This document shows, in pieces, positions 30,472 to 40,854 of a stretch of DNA of 64,000 bases. The DNA comes from Candidatus Obscuribacterales bacterium (GTDB lineage Bacteria > Cyanobacteriota > Vampirovibrionia > Obscuribacterales > Obscuribacteraceae). Positions within the stretch are counted from its first letter, which is position 1. Each line of letters opens with the position of its first letter. The position numbers and the translations under genes were made by a program. Under the pieces are notes generated by a model that did not search any database, was not told where the DNA came from, and saw only the letters and a list, made by a program, of their open reading frames with translations. The DNA lies in the NCBI GenBank assembly GCA_965228855.1, contig CBDDIJ010000002.1:2525177-2589176 (forward strand). The letters run 5' to 3'.

Positions 30472-30945
30472 TCAATATTTTTGGTCCTTTCTCGAATGTT
30501 TGTAAGGCGCTCTTGGCCAGCCGGGCTCAGGGCGGGAATCTGGTCTAACCGAGGTGCGCTCGTCAAAAATCAGTCCATCGTTCTCATAACGCACAGTAAC
30601 TGAGAAACAAATCCAAAGCGTTTGTTCTTCGTTTACTAGTGCGCTGGATTTTGTGAACCACCTTAGTAGTTCTGAAAGACCATTTTGGACAAACAGTTCT
30701 CGAACTCGTTCAACTTGCGTCTTATCAACTGCAATTTGACGAAGCCGCCACCGATGATTTTTATCCACTGTTCCAAAGTTTGACCTGGCGATCAAAACAT
30801 CTGACGTCTTCTCTTTCCATTCTTTTGTGACGAGCAAGTTTGATTCAGGTAACATCGCTTGAAACGAGCTGCGCAGGAAATCGTCAGACAGTGCACATTC
30901 TGCATTATCTGGAATTTCGCTGTCGGGCTCAATGGATACGTTCAT
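30472..30945 (-). CDS. Hypothetical protein
   Basis: 157-aa ORF between two WG paralogs, same strand; GGAGGTG upstream. Confidence 0.65.
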   Translation of the reverse strand: MNVSIEPDSEIPDNAECALSDDFLRSSFQAMLPESNLLVTKEWKEKTSDVLIARSNFGTVDKNHRWRLRQIAVDKTQVERVRELFVQNGLSELLRWFTKSSALVNEEQTLWICFSVTVRYENDGLIFDERTSVRPDSRPEPGWPRAPYKHSRKDQKY

Positions 30946-31043
30946 GAACTTCTTGTCGCCTCACCTCCGACCGATCCAAATTCTGGTAGTTTCTCGCCGC
31001 GTTTGCCTCGTGTTCGTTGATGACTAATCCTGGTATCGCTATA

Positions 31044-32513
31044 TCATTGAGAAGTCTGTGTCTCAACGGTGGCTGGATAGACTTCCTTGGCTACCCGGCT
31101 GTAGTACTTGTAGATGTCTTCATTGGGCTCGGGTTTCTCTGTCGATACAACCCATTCACTAGGTTCGATCTGTTCTGGATATTTTTTGCATTCGTTACTG
31201 CACGCATGTCCATAAACGGTTCCATCCGCCTTGTAGCGAATGTCAAAGTATTGAGTTCCAAAACAATCCTGACCCAGTTTGTATCGATCGGCATCGGGGT
31301 TTTTTCGTATTGAGTCCGGCTCTCCGAGCCGCTTTACGATTTCGGTTCTGTTCATTGAACCGATGTCAAACTGCCGCAAGAAGTGCGATAGTTTTTTATA
31401 CTTGCAGCGTCCATCCTTCCAGTCCATTAATTCAAAACCGGGTTCGCGTGAGTCGAAGGCGGCGAGTCCCTCGCTGAACTCTTCCAGTTTTGAATACTTT
31501 GCCGGTATGACAAATTTTCCACGCTTGTCTATGTAACCATATGCGGTGCTTAGATTTTTCTCCGCTGTTGCGAGTGCTATACCGTTTCTAAATTGCGATC
31601 TCCATTCACCGTCCGATGGACAGGGAAAAGTCGGTGAAATCACGAACTTTCCGATCTTGTTGATAAAACCGAACTTGGAACCAGCTGGAGGCCAGATTGT
31701 GGACTGTTCGCCACCCTCTTCAAAATGTTTTTCTGTGACGGCAATCGCAGCCAAGCCCTCGCTGAACGGTTGCGCGGAGCAACACTCTTTTGGCAATGTC
31801 AGCCGTACCGTTCCATTCTTATCGAGGAAACACCAACCGCGTTTCTTCGACCATGCTGGCACTAGGCCCTCTGAAAACTCGCCAAAGTAGTCATAAATTT
31901 CGTTAAGTTTGGTTGTGACGCCAACGTGCGGTGGGATAAACAGCGACGGCTCGGCAGGCTCCATACCCGGAATTTCACCAACTTTTCCACGACCAGTGAA
32001 TTCGAAGCTCTTACCGTCTTTGAGAAAATGTTGGTTGCCGGTCTTTGGATTCAAGCCGCATGAGATAAGTTGACCAGACGGAATTTCGAATCGTGTTCCG
32101 TCTTTATCAATTACGAAAAGGCGGTAGCTGTTTCGCATTAGGCGCAGGCTGTTTCGCGAGGAGATCTCTTTGAGGTCTCCTTCAAAGAGAATTGTTTTAA
32201 AACCGATGTTAACGAAGTTTTTCTCTTTTACGTCCGCCGTTGAAATGAAGTCTGTTGTGAATTCGTTTCCGTGTTTGTCTACGAAGATCTGAGCACTCCT
32301 GGCGCGACCAGATTTGTCGGGTCCATAGCAGAGCGCGTACCCATGCCGGAATTTACCTCCGAAGTAATACTTAGGAGCGATTACTTCTTTGCCGCTTTTG
32401 TCTACGTAGCCGTGAACGCAAGGCGGTGCAGGCATTGTCGCCGGCCTCGCGCCGGGTGGCATGCGGTCTAGAGAGCAACATATGGTTATCAGTGCTACGA
32501 GTAAATTAGACAT
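31044..32513 (-). CDS. WG-repeat protein, paralog of 29171-30373
   Basis: Shared blocks AWSKK.GW.FLDK, CCSAQPFSEGLAA, PTFPCP, PAKYS.LEEFSEGLA; MNRTEIVKRLGEP. Confidence 0.85.
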   Translation of the reverse strand: MSNLLVALITICCSLDRMPPGARPATMPAPPCVHGYVDKSGKEVIAPKYYFGGKFRHGYALCYGPDKSGRARSAQIFVDKHGNEFTTDFISTADVKEKNFVNIGFKTILFEGDLKEISSRNSLRLMRNSYRLFVIDKDGTRFEIPSGQLISCGLNPKTGNQHFLKDGKSFEFTGRGKVGEIPGMEPAEPSLFIPPHVGVTTKLNEIYDYFGEFSEGLVPAWSKKRGWCFLDKNGTVRLTLPKECCSAQPFSEGLAAIAVTEKHFEEGGEQSTIWPPAGSKFGFINKIGKFVISPTFPCPSDGEWRSQFRNGIALATAEKNLSTAYGYIDKRGKFVIPAKYSKLEEFSEGLAAFDSREPGFELMDWKDGRCKYKKLSHFLRQFDIGSMNRTEIVKRLGEPDSIRKNPDADRYKLGQDCFGTQYFDIRYKADGTVYGHACSNECKKYPEQIEPSEWVVSTEKPEPNEDIYKYYSRVAKEVYPATVETQTSQ

Positions 32514-32605
32514 GTGTATTCTTGAAAGCTTTCACTGACTCGTCTCTAGACTATTTTGACACGAGGCACAGGATAGCTAGATAACATGTCTTGAATAAGT
32601 GACAT

Positions 32606-32621
32606 GATCACCCGGGTGATC
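32606..32621. promoter_or_regulatory. Palindrome GATCACCCGGGTGATC (copy 3)
   Basis: Perfect 16-bp palindrome between divergent WG genes. Confidence 0.6.
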
Positions 32622-32629
32622 TTCTTTTC

Positions 32630-34387
32630 GTGATCTATTATGGACTGGTCTGGACGCGAGCGATGATGCCGCATGGCCTAATCGAAGAGGCGAAACTTTT
32701 GAATCGAAGAGTGCTCCAAGTTGTATTCACTGCGATGGCGTGCCTTACCGTGCCCTGTTTTCCCGCAGTTGCGCGCGATTTTTACGGACTGATGGACAAA
32801 TCCGGAAAGTTTATAGTCCCAGCGGATTATCGCGTAATCCGTCAACAGAAAGATGGCACCTACGCAGTCACCACATTCGGGAAGGAGAATGTTTCCCAAG
32901 AAGAAACCTTTGTACTTGACCAAAATGGAAGGCGAATTGCCGAGCGAAAACCGGACGCTGATAACTCGCATAGACTGATGTTCACGACCGCTCCGAGACT
33001 GGAATACGAAGAAGTGCGGTCATATGACGAGAAGGTGGGTTCGCTTTATGGTCTTCGACACAAGAAGACTGGTCGTCTGTCAATCCCTTTTAGAAGTATC
33101 AAAGAACTGCTGGCATATCCAGTCGGAGAGGATCTTTTTGTAGACCAGCGGCAGACCGGCGATAAAACAGAAACGCTTCTTTTAAAGGACGGGGGAGCGG
33201 TCGTAGCAAAAATTCCAAACTTGCTCTCCTCGCCGAATCTAGAGTTCATCAACGGACTGATGTTAGCGGAGAACGTGGATCGTGAATATGGCTATTTCGA
33301 CAGAACAGGTAAGCTGCTCTGCAACAGATATTTCGAGACGGCAGAGAGATTTGCGGATGGTGTAGCGTCGGTTTCCTTCAATCAGGATGGTGTTAAATAT
33401 GGTGCAGTCATTGATTTGAAAGGAAACTATGTGTATGGACCCCTTAAGAACATCATCGTGAGCCCATTCTTCAACGGTGTTGCATCGATTGAGGTTCTTG
33501 CCGAAGACAATTCTAAATCGAACAGAACACTAAAAAGCACTGGACGAGGGATTGTCAATCGTAAATTTGAAGTAATCATTCCAGCCAAGTACGAGTATGT
33601 TAAAGACTATGGTAATCACTTAATCGCAAAGGCTCTCGCTTCGTGTGGCGGCGGCTGGGTCGTGTTTGATTTCGATGGGAAAAAACTCTTGGAGCTGAAA
33701 CCGACAGTTACGGATGTTCGACCCAGTGACGATTGCCACATGGTCGCATTTGCCGAAGGTGTAAAGCTGAAATCAACGGATGCCACTGCTGATAGTGCGA
33801 AGTGGGGATTCGTAGATTTTGCCGGAAAAGTAATTGTTCCGCCGAAGTTCGACGATGCGATGTCGTTCGTGAATGGAGTTGCGGTCGTCAGCGTTAAGAA
33901 TAAAAATGGAAAAATGCAATCCGGAACTATTGATGAGCGCGGGAATTTCGTCGTTCAACCCAAGTTCAAACACATTATTCCCACCAAACCTTTGGCTATT
34001 GTTGTTGAAGAAAGAGAGGGTGGATTTGACCCATACGCCTGGGCAAACCCTGATCTCAGGGGTTTTCTCAACAGATATGAACAATGGAATGCATTTTCGC
34101 GCGAATACGATTTGATTGGAATGGAGCGGAAGGAAGTCTTCAAGCTTCTTGGAGATGACCGTCTTCTCCATTCGCGGGGGCGTCGCAGTCCAACTCTTTC
34201 TGACGCGGAAGTGGTGCCTTCAAATGGGATAATGTCATCCGCAAAGAATGTTTTCTATGGTTTGAATTCGAGCATTTGCGGAAATGCTTCATCGAGCCTC
34301 GAGGTCGAGTTTGGAGACGATGATAAGGTCAGTAGATATCGCATCGTGCATGGTGGGGAACGTGACCAACCATGGGTTTCAAAATGA
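32630..34387 (+). CDS. Secreted WG-repeat protein
   Basis: YGLMDKSG, YGYFDRTG, WGFVDFAG; GMERKEVFKLLG; true start probably slightly downstream. Confidence 0.85.
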   Translation: MIYYGLVWTRAMMPHGLIEEAKLLNRRVLQVVFTAMACLTVPCFPAVARDFYGLMDKSGKFIVPADYRVIRQQKDGTYAVTTFGKENVSQEETFVLDQNGRRIAERKPDADNSHRLMFTTAPRLEYEEVRSYDEKVGSLYGLRHKKTGRLSIPFRSIKELLAYPVGEDLFVDQRQTGDKTETLLLKDGGAVVAKIPNLLSSPNLEFINGLMLAENVDREYGYFDRTGKLLCNRYFETAERFADGVASVSFNQDGVKYGAVIDLKGNYVYGPLKNIIVSPFFNGVASIEVLAEDNSKSNRTLKSTGRGIVNRKFEVIIPAKYEYVKDYGNHLIAKALASCGGGWVVFDFDGKKLLELKPTVTDVRPSDDCHMVAFAEGVKLKSTDATADSAKWGFVDFAGKVIVPPKFDDAMSFVNGVAVVSVKNKNGKMQSGTIDERGNFVVQPKFKHIIPTKPLAIVVEEREGGFDPYAWANPDLRGFLNRYEQWNAFSREYDLIGMERKEVFKLLGDDRLLHSRGRRSPTLSDAEVVPSNGIMSSAKNVFYGLNSSICGNASSSLEVEFGDDDKVSRYRIVHGGERDQPWVSK

Positions 34388-34497
34388 GCTTGTGCCTGTG
34401 AGCGATGTTGAAAGTCGTAATGAAGATGAACGTTCGTGGCGTTCAAAAATGAATTGTCGGATTTGTTCCCACCTGATGCTCACATCTGGCTTATCTG

Positions 34498-35409
34498 CTA
34501 TTGTGCAGTCGCCAATTTTGGCAATACTTTGCTAAGGAATTCATTCATAAGCATGCCAATTTTTTCGCCATCCTCTTCGAGTGCGAAGTGCCCCGTATCC
34601 AAAATGTGATATTCGAGATTCTTCAAATCCCGCTTATATGGCTCGGCTCCAGCAGGAGGAAAGATCTGATCGTTTTTGCCCCAGACGATTAACATTGGTG
34701 GCTGATGCTTGCGGAAATATTCTTGCCACTGTGGATAAAGAGGGGGATTCGAGCCGTAGCTATAAAAAAGTTCAAGCTGAATGTCTTTGTTTCCCGGGCG
34801 ATCCATTCCGGCCTGATCATGCAACCAGGCATCTGGACTGATTGTTTCTATATCTCGCACACCAGTGTGGTACTGCCACTTAGTAGCATCCAACTCTAAC
34901 AAAGGTTTCAATGGTGCGCCGTTGCTCTCAGATTTGTCTTTCCAAAATGGTCTGAAGGGCTTCCAGAAGTCGTTGTCCAAGCCCTCTTCATAAGCGTTGC
35001 CATTTTGCACTACCAATGCCTGGATGCGCTCGGGGTGTTTCGACGCAATGCGATAACCAATCGGTGCGCCATAATCCATCACATACATCGAAAATCTTTC
35101 GAGCTTCAACGCTTCGGTAAATTTATCGACGATTCTTGCCAAATTATCAAAGCTGTATTCAAAGTCAGTAACAGACGGAGTCGAACTGCGCCCATAGCCG
35201 GGATAGTCTGGTGCGACTACGTGAAATTTCTCAGCCAACATGGGAATGAGGTTGCGGAACATATGGGATGAGGTGGGAAAACCATGCAACAGCAAAATTG
35301 TTGGGCAATCCCTGGAGCCTGCTTCCCTGTAAAAAATATCGACGTTGTCGATTTTTACCGTGCGGTAGAAAACTGTCTTACGGGTGGTACCGGCTTCTTT
35401 TAGACTCAT
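34498..35409 (-). CDS. Alpha/beta hydrolase (epoxide hydrolase / haloalkane dehalogenase-like)
   Basis: [37 protein letters not shown]. Confidence 0.92.
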   Translation of the reverse strand: MSLKEAGTTRKTVFYRTVKIDNVDIFYREAGSRDCPTILLLHGFPTSSHMFRNLIPMLAEKFHVVAPDYPGYGRSSTPSVTDFEYSFDNLARIVDKFTEALKLERFSMYVMDYGAPIGYRIASKHPERIQALVVQNGNAYEEGLDNDFWKPFRPFWKDKSESNGAPLKPLLELDATKWQYHTGVRDIETISPDAWLHDQAGMDRPGNKDIQLELFYSYGSNPPLYPQWQEYFRKHQPPMLIVWGKNDQIFPPAGAEPYKRDLKNLEYHILDTGHFALEEDGEKIGMLMNEFLSKVLPKLATAQ

Positions 35410-35649
35410 CCTAAGCTCCTCGAATTTTTGGGCAATACGCCAAACGCAATTTTTTGAATCCTGCGTAAGAGCTATTCTGCCAATTACTTAGTTCATTATA
35501 GTGGCTTCGCATTTGCCCCGGCTTCTCATGGCAACCCGGTGTACTCCTTGTTTTTTTAGACTCCAGTATTTTTCAACTACAGGTTAAACATGCCGCTGAG
35601 GCGGAATAGCAATGTGACGACCATCCCCTCTTTGCTGATGGAGAATACT

Positions 35650-36303
35650 ATGAGCCAAGTTCCTTCCGTGTTAAGCATTTGTGTTAGCAAGGCCAAGAAT
35701 ATTGATTGGAACGGCAATAATCTTGCGACCGGTATTTTTAAATTGCCGGTCGCTGGCAAAGTGCAAGTCCGGCGTCTGAACCTTGATGGTGACGAGCAGG
35801 CGGACCTCACAGTGCACGGCGGCACGGACAAAGCGGTTTATGCATATCCTATTGAGCAGTACGCTTATTGGAAAACAGGCTGGCCTGACCGAAATTGGGA
35901 GCGAGGTGCCTTCGGTGAAAACTTGACTACAGCAGGTTTCACCGAGAATTCGTTGTGCATCGGCGACAGACTTAAAATCGGAACAGCGCTGTTCGCGGTG
36001 ACGCAGCCGCGAATGCCTTGCTTCAAATTGGGTATTAGACTCAAAGATCCGGCGATGGTCAAACTTTTTTATAAGAGCGGCAAGTGGGGATATTACCTGT
36101 CCGTTCTTGAAGAAGGTCTGATTGAAGGTGGCGATGAAATACTACATCAAGGCGGTGATGGCAATGAGCTGACTTTATTCGATGTGTCCCGTTGCTTTCT
36201 TGACCCAGAGGTCCCGAAAAGCCTGATTGACCGAGTCTTCAAGTCGAATTTGGCAGAGCAAATGAAAGCGCAGCTAGAGTATCAAGTAAGCCGGAGCAGA
36301 TAG
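35650..36303 (+). CDS. MOSC-domain protein (YiiM-like)
   Basis: GDEQADLTVHGG, FGENL, QPRMPCFKL; GGAG RBS. Confidence 0.92.
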   Translation: MSQVPSVLSICVSKAKNIDWNGNNLATGIFKLPVAGKVQVRRLNLDGDEQADLTVHGGTDKAVYAYPIEQYAYWKTGWPDRNWERGAFGENLTTAGFTENSLCIGDRLKIGTALFAVTQPRMPCFKLGIRLKDPAMVKLFYKSGKWGYYLSVLEEGLIEGGDEILHQGGDGNELTLFDVSRCFLDPEVPKSLIDRVFKSNLAEQMKAQLEYQVSRSR

Positions 36304-36371
36304 GTGAACAAAGATTCGCTCGTCTCCTTATTAAAGGAAGGTGCGGTATCCTTTAGTAAGGCTTTTCGTAA

Positions 36372-36698
36372 GTAAAGGTGACTTTAACAGAAGCGGCGCG
36401 AGAGATTCTCGGATTGATCCAGGCTGATCGCGTAAAGATCGCAGCAATTGGACGCGGGGCAGGTTCCGCGCTGCAGACACACCAGTATTTAGAAAGAAAG
36501 CCGTTGGCTGTGATACCAGAAATGGTGAAAGCGCTAAACCTCACAACTCCGACGGTCACAGCGGCGCTTCAAAATCTAGAACGCATTGGAATTGTAAGAG
36601 AAGTCACAGGCAAGCAACGTGGACGTATTTTTGTATATGATGCTTACCTTAAGATTTTGGAGCGTGGAACCGAACCGTTTCGGAGCGGACGAGAGTGA
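36372..36698 (+). pseudogene. C-terminal HTH fragment of a Fic-family protein
   Basis: TTPTVTAALQNLERIGIVREVTGKQRGRIFVYDAYLKIL is typical of Fic+HTH C-termini; no Fic catalytic motif; in-frame stop at 36369. Confidence 0.7.
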
Positions 36699-37188
36699 AA
36701 AACTGGATTCCATCTGGAAGGACGGCTCGCTGTCAGACAATCGCGACCTTCGACGAAACCTGGGCTCCGATGGACGTGACTTGATGTTCGCCACCACGTT
36801 TGGTTCTGCAGGAATTTCTGCTGGAAGTAAGATCCCAGGTTTGATCAAATCTCTTAAACCGTTTGATGTGCCACGTCTTGCTCCCTCGATGATATTTGCT
36901 ACCGCAGGCGACACCGTTGCACCAGTGGGGCAGAAGGTTTTAAAACCGCGAGAGTCAGAGAATGTTTTCGCGATGAGCGCGAACGACAATGTGTTCGATT
37001 CAAACGGTTCATCTTCGCATCCAAACAAGTACCATCTTGCCGACATCGCTGACATAAGGGGCGCCATCGAGAGGACTGATCTGGATGCGGCGGAGGACAA
37101 GGCGTTTTTCAGCAGGATATTCATCGACGCTTTCAATCAGGGCGTCAAGGAGTTAGACGATGCTTCTAAACTGTATGGTCAAGTTTAA
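36619..37188 (+). pseudogene. Probable fragment of a larger unknown protein
   Basis: Open frame overlapping the Fic fragment, no convincing RBS or start. Confidence 0.4.
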
Positions 37189-37223
37189 GAGTGTTTGCGT
37201 CAAGCCACCATGGGTGGTGCTAA

Positions 37224-37385
37224 TGGCTCAGGTCCAACAATGAAGTGCCGCGCACCGTTGAGAGGGAGGAGCCGAAACCCTCTTCAAATTCAAAGTATCG
37301 AGAGGAGGAGGAGCGCCAGCATTCAAGTGACTATGATCGTGGACGAACATGTGATTATGACCGCGGATATGATTGGGGTCGGTAA
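37224..37385 (+). pseudogene. Relaxase-like C-terminal tail fragment
   Basis: Startless frame ending EEEERQHSSDYDRGRTCDYDRGYDWGR*, like the DRG-rich tails of Mob/Tra relaxases. Confidence 0.4.
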
Positions 37386-37463
37386 GGAGAAGTTCTCGGC
37401 CTAAGGCGAGAATAGAACTCGCATTAAATAGTTAAGGGGTCTTATATGATCTGTTGAGCCTGA

Positions 37464-37661
37464 AAGCGCGATAACTTTGTCCTTGATGATTTTGTTGCAT
37501 GTGGAGAAAAGGCAATCCTCAGGCGTGCCCGAGCGATCGAGATCCTTGATGAAGTAATGACCTCGGTGCAAAGGTGGCCGGCCTTTGCCGAGAAGGCAGG
37601 AGTTGCCGAGGACAGGGTGTCGCCTATTCAGAAAAAACACCGGTTTTTTGCGCGACATTAG
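37464..37661 (+). pseudogene. C-terminal fragment of a HipA-family toxin
   Basis: Frame KRDNFVLDDFVACGEKAILRRARAIEILDEVMTSVQRWPAFAEKAGV..., bounded by TGA 37461 and TAG 37659; matches HipA C-termini. Confidence 0.7.
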
Positions 37662-37843
37662 ATCCTGAGTCTAGAAAAAACGAAGTTTTCAGGTGTTTTT
37701 TTGACGGCAATTATATGTCCATCTTGTCATCGATTGGATATGGTAATTTCGTTTTGTACATCTACCACCAGCATAGATATTACTCTGCACATCCGCTTCG
37801 CCTCCCGGAATCTGTAATTGCTCGTGACGTCGAATAGTAAAAG

Positions 37844-39424
37844 CTATTCTGGAAAAATAAATTCCTCTATGAGACTAGCCCTTCTCTGTCTTGTGATACT
37901 ACTGCCGGTGACCGAAGAGTATGTGAGTCCACCAATGACGAACAGACGCTTGTCTGAATTTTCAACTATGTGATGATGTATTCTAGGCATCAAAAGGCGC
38001 ATGGGTACATGATGCGATTGTAGCCATTGCCGGTCCTTTATTTTCTGCCAATCATAGACGTATGCAGCATCTTTACCAGCAAGAACTAATCGATTTTCCT
38101 TGGTTCTAATTCCTCTAAAGTCAATTCCTTCACCTAGAAGCCGGTATGGTAGGTGATCTTCGTCCCTTATGAAAGCAGGTTTCGGTTTTTTGTAGGGCTC
38201 TCCGATGTATGAGGTAAGACCTGTTTTGGGGTTGTACAGCTCTGATGCATTGAACCCAAGCAGGGACGACGCGGCCCCGCCATGTATAAACACGGTCTGG
38301 TCAGGAAGATGTATCGCAGAAAAATCATATCGCCCGGTGAGAGTGTGACCAGTTATTTTCGATTGCTTAGTACTTAGATCGAAAATCTCTACTTCGTGCG
38401 TAAGTGACATCGGCGGGGCAGCGCCACCGCAAGAGTCATATCGATTGTGGTAGCTGCAAACAGGGTTTTTCGCTTCCTTTTCAGAAATACCGTATCCATT
38501 TATGAGCATGAATTGTGATTTGCTTAAAGGTACGACTTCATGTCCAAATCTTGCATGCTGCAACTCTCCTACGACCTTGAGTGTTTTTGATTTAGGATTA
38601 AAGCAAAGCACTCGTTTTTCGGGAAAATTTTTCCAGCTGTCCAAGTTCTGCGTCACGCAGCCTCCCGTGATCAAAACCTGGCCGTCAGGCAGGAGATTCA
38701 TGGCGACGAACCATCGAGGTGGAATTGACGGCGGGTAATCGACAGCCTCGAACGAAAAATTCCTAGGATCGTAAATTAAGCCGAACATGGTCTGTCGAAA
38801 ATCTGGAGCCATGGTTTTCAGCTTATACTTAGGTTCAGATGCGCTCAAGATCGGCAGCGTCACCGGAGTTGGAGATAAGGACCAAAGAGGACTATTCTTC
38901 ATGGTCGGGTTGTGCCCACACTTTCCTACGAGGAAAATACGTCCATCCGCGAGTTCGATGGCTGTCACTTGCCTCCGATTTGCGGCTCCAGCCACATCCC
39001 GTTCGAACCAAAAGGGCATTTTTGTCTGAACTTTTGTTTGTCCGGAAGCAGGATCAAATAGCTCGATCATTCCGTAGCCATATCCGTAAGTGTTTCCATC
39101 CTCAGCTTTGATAAATCTCTCAGGCTCATTCTTGTAATGCATGCCATCAAACGCAAGTATTTTTCCATTGCGCAATGGAAGAATCACGCCTGGATCGTAT
39201 TCGTAGTTTAGAGTTCCTGCGCGTCGAAGGTGCATGCTGGTCTCGTTGTTTTTCGCGTTCGCGACAGCGCGCCATGCGAAATTACTCCGGACTAACAGAT
39301 CAGACCCGAAAGCGATCAAAATTGAAAAAACTGCGAGCAAGAACAATCCAGTTCGAAGTCTCAATTTAGTCTCCCTCCCACGATGGCATTTGACCGGAAT
39401 GAAATTCTTCTCCAAGAGTTTCAC
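37844..39424 (-). CDS. Kelch-repeat beta-propeller protein, membrane-anchored
   Basis: LPDGQVLITGG, LPDQTVFIHGG, SELYNP, LFVIGG; N-terminal TM. Confidence 0.85.
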   Translation of the reverse strand: MKLLEKNFIPVKCHRGRETKLRLRTGLFLLAVFSILIAFGSDLLVRSNFAWRAVANAKNNETSMHLRRAGTLNYEYDPGVILPLRNGKILAFDGMHYKNEPERFIKAEDGNTYGYGYGMIELFDPASGQTKVQTKMPFWFERDVAGAANRRQVTAIELADGRIFLVGKCGHNPTMKNSPLWSLSPTPVTLPILSASEPKYKLKTMAPDFRQTMFGLIYDPRNFSFEAVDYPPSIPPRWFVAMNLLPDGQVLITGGCVTQNLDSWKNFPEKRVLCFNPKSKTLKVVGELQHARFGHEVVPLSKSQFMLINGYGISEKEAKNPVCSYHNRYDSCGGAAPPMSLTHEVEIFDLSTKQSKITGHTLTGRYDFSAIHLPDQTVFIHGGAASSLLGFNASELYNPKTGLTSYIGEPYKKPKPAFIRDEDHLPYRLLGEGIDFRGIRTKENRLVLAGKDAAYVYDWQKIKDRQWLQSHHVPMRLLMPRIHHHIVENSDKRLFVIGGLTYSSVTGSSITRQRRASLIEEFIFPE

Positions 39425-39969
39425 CTGATAATCTAAACTACCATTGCTAGTGACAACAACCTGTCGCGTTCACTTTTCGAAGTGAACGCCGAACGGATCA
39501 GGCTTGTTATGGGCTTCTACGATGGTGTCTGAATTGCCTACACCAGAAAATTTGCAGATTATTCGTGACTGGCTTTCAAAGTTCGATGACAGCAGACTAC
39601 GTGTTCCGATTTTAGTTGGATCGACTGTAAGAAGCGTCTCTAGAATTCTGGCACGTTCTAAACATGACATCGACAGGGCATCGAAATTACTTGAGACTGT
39701 GTCGGACAATTCACATCCCGCATTGCGAAAGCTTGCGAAACGTTTGAGCATGGCAAATGAACGTTTGTCAGCATCTGGTACTTAATGGAATTTTGGCGAA
39801 CTTCAATTTCATTGGCTGGGTGGTACCATCGGCGGACATTGGAGTAGCTTTCCAAAACCGTCGGCAAGTGATCACGAAACTGCTGCGGCAATGTTTGAGC
39901 TGGAAAAAGAGAATCGATTAATACACACTCACTCTCTTAGATGCCATTAATTTAAATCTGGAAGCGAAA

Positions 39970-40050
39970 TGGGCGGGGTGGGACTTGAACCCACACGTAT
40001 TGCTACACTAGTTCCTAAGACTAGCGCGTCTGCCATTCCGCCACCCGCCC
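39970..40050 (-). tRNA. tRNA-Leu(TAG)
   Basis: GGGCGGG/CCCGCCC acceptor stem, loop CTTAGGA, long variable arm, GTTCAAGT T-loop; CCA not encoded. Confidence 0.97.
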
Positions 40051-40152
40051 ATGTTTCAAAGGGTTTTGGTTTGCAGGAGTTCAGCATAGCATATAGACGG
40101 CGTCCGGTTTAGTGCGCCCGGCGCTCTGTTGCGAAGCTGAAAAGCTGGCGAC

Positions 40153-40680
40153 TTAAGTCGCGTCGCCGCCCCGGTACCGCTTCCCCATCACTCGCTTGTC
40201 AAGTTTCGCCCAGAGCTCCTTTGGTAGCGTCGCCCAGACCAGAACGAGCGCCCACCAGATATTGCCCTGGAGCGACAAGATGTTGAGTGGCAGCACGTAC
40301 CAGAAGAGTTTCCGGTCCTCGCGAAACGCTATGTAGCTCGGACAGAAGAGCGCAAGAAGCGATAGCGCGATTACTGCTATGCAATATGCCGCAAACAAAA
40401 TCCCCACCGCCAGGTTGCCGCGCGCCATATTGACAAAGAATGTTTCGAACATCATCACGCTGCTGGCGCAAAACAGGACGAGCGCTAGCTTGAGCATGCT
40501 CCAGCCGTAGTTTTTGCACTTCTGCCAGAGTGGAATCCAAAATGAAATGAGCAGCATCCAGGCAGAGTTGAGGCTGAGCATCGTCGCAAGGAACGCTACG
40601 CCATACAGAAACGACGGAAAATCTTTGGGCATTCGATGACCATGAAATCGGGAACGGGCGCGAATTTTGCTGGATGCCAA
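40153..40680 (-). CDS. Membrane protein with C-terminal superinfection-immunity-like domain
   Basis: FCPSYIA...LN...WWALVLVWA pattern of the T4 Imm family; extra N-terminal TMs. Confidence 0.6.
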   Translation of the reverse strand: MASSKIRARSRFHGHRMPKDFPSFLYGVAFLATMLSLNSAWMLLISFWIPLWQKCKNYGWSMLKLALVLFCASSVMMFETFFVNMARGNLAVGILFAAYCIAVIALSLLALFCPSYIAFREDRKLFWYVLPLNILSLQGNIWWALVLVWATLPKELWAKLDKRVMGKRYRGGDAT

Positions 40681-40854
40681 GTATAACTACCATAGCCGTT
40701 CGAGTTTGGTGCGGGTCGTTCCTTTGTCTTAATTTCAGAATTCGCCGGTTTGCGATTACTCGGCACTCGGTCACCACGACCTCTAGCTACCATTGGCACA
40801 CCTCGGTCGCTCTGTGGTAGCCAGAGGTGTGTCATCGAGCCAGAACAGCTTCGT

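Noticed and set aside
37401..37837. ORFs 37401-37658(-) and 37574-37837(+) as genes
   Set aside because: No recognisable motifs; they overlap the HipA-like fragment in other frames
36304..39969. Intact prophage or ICE at tRNA-Leu
   Set aside because: No integrase and no duplicated tRNA 3' end found by eye; only fragments remain
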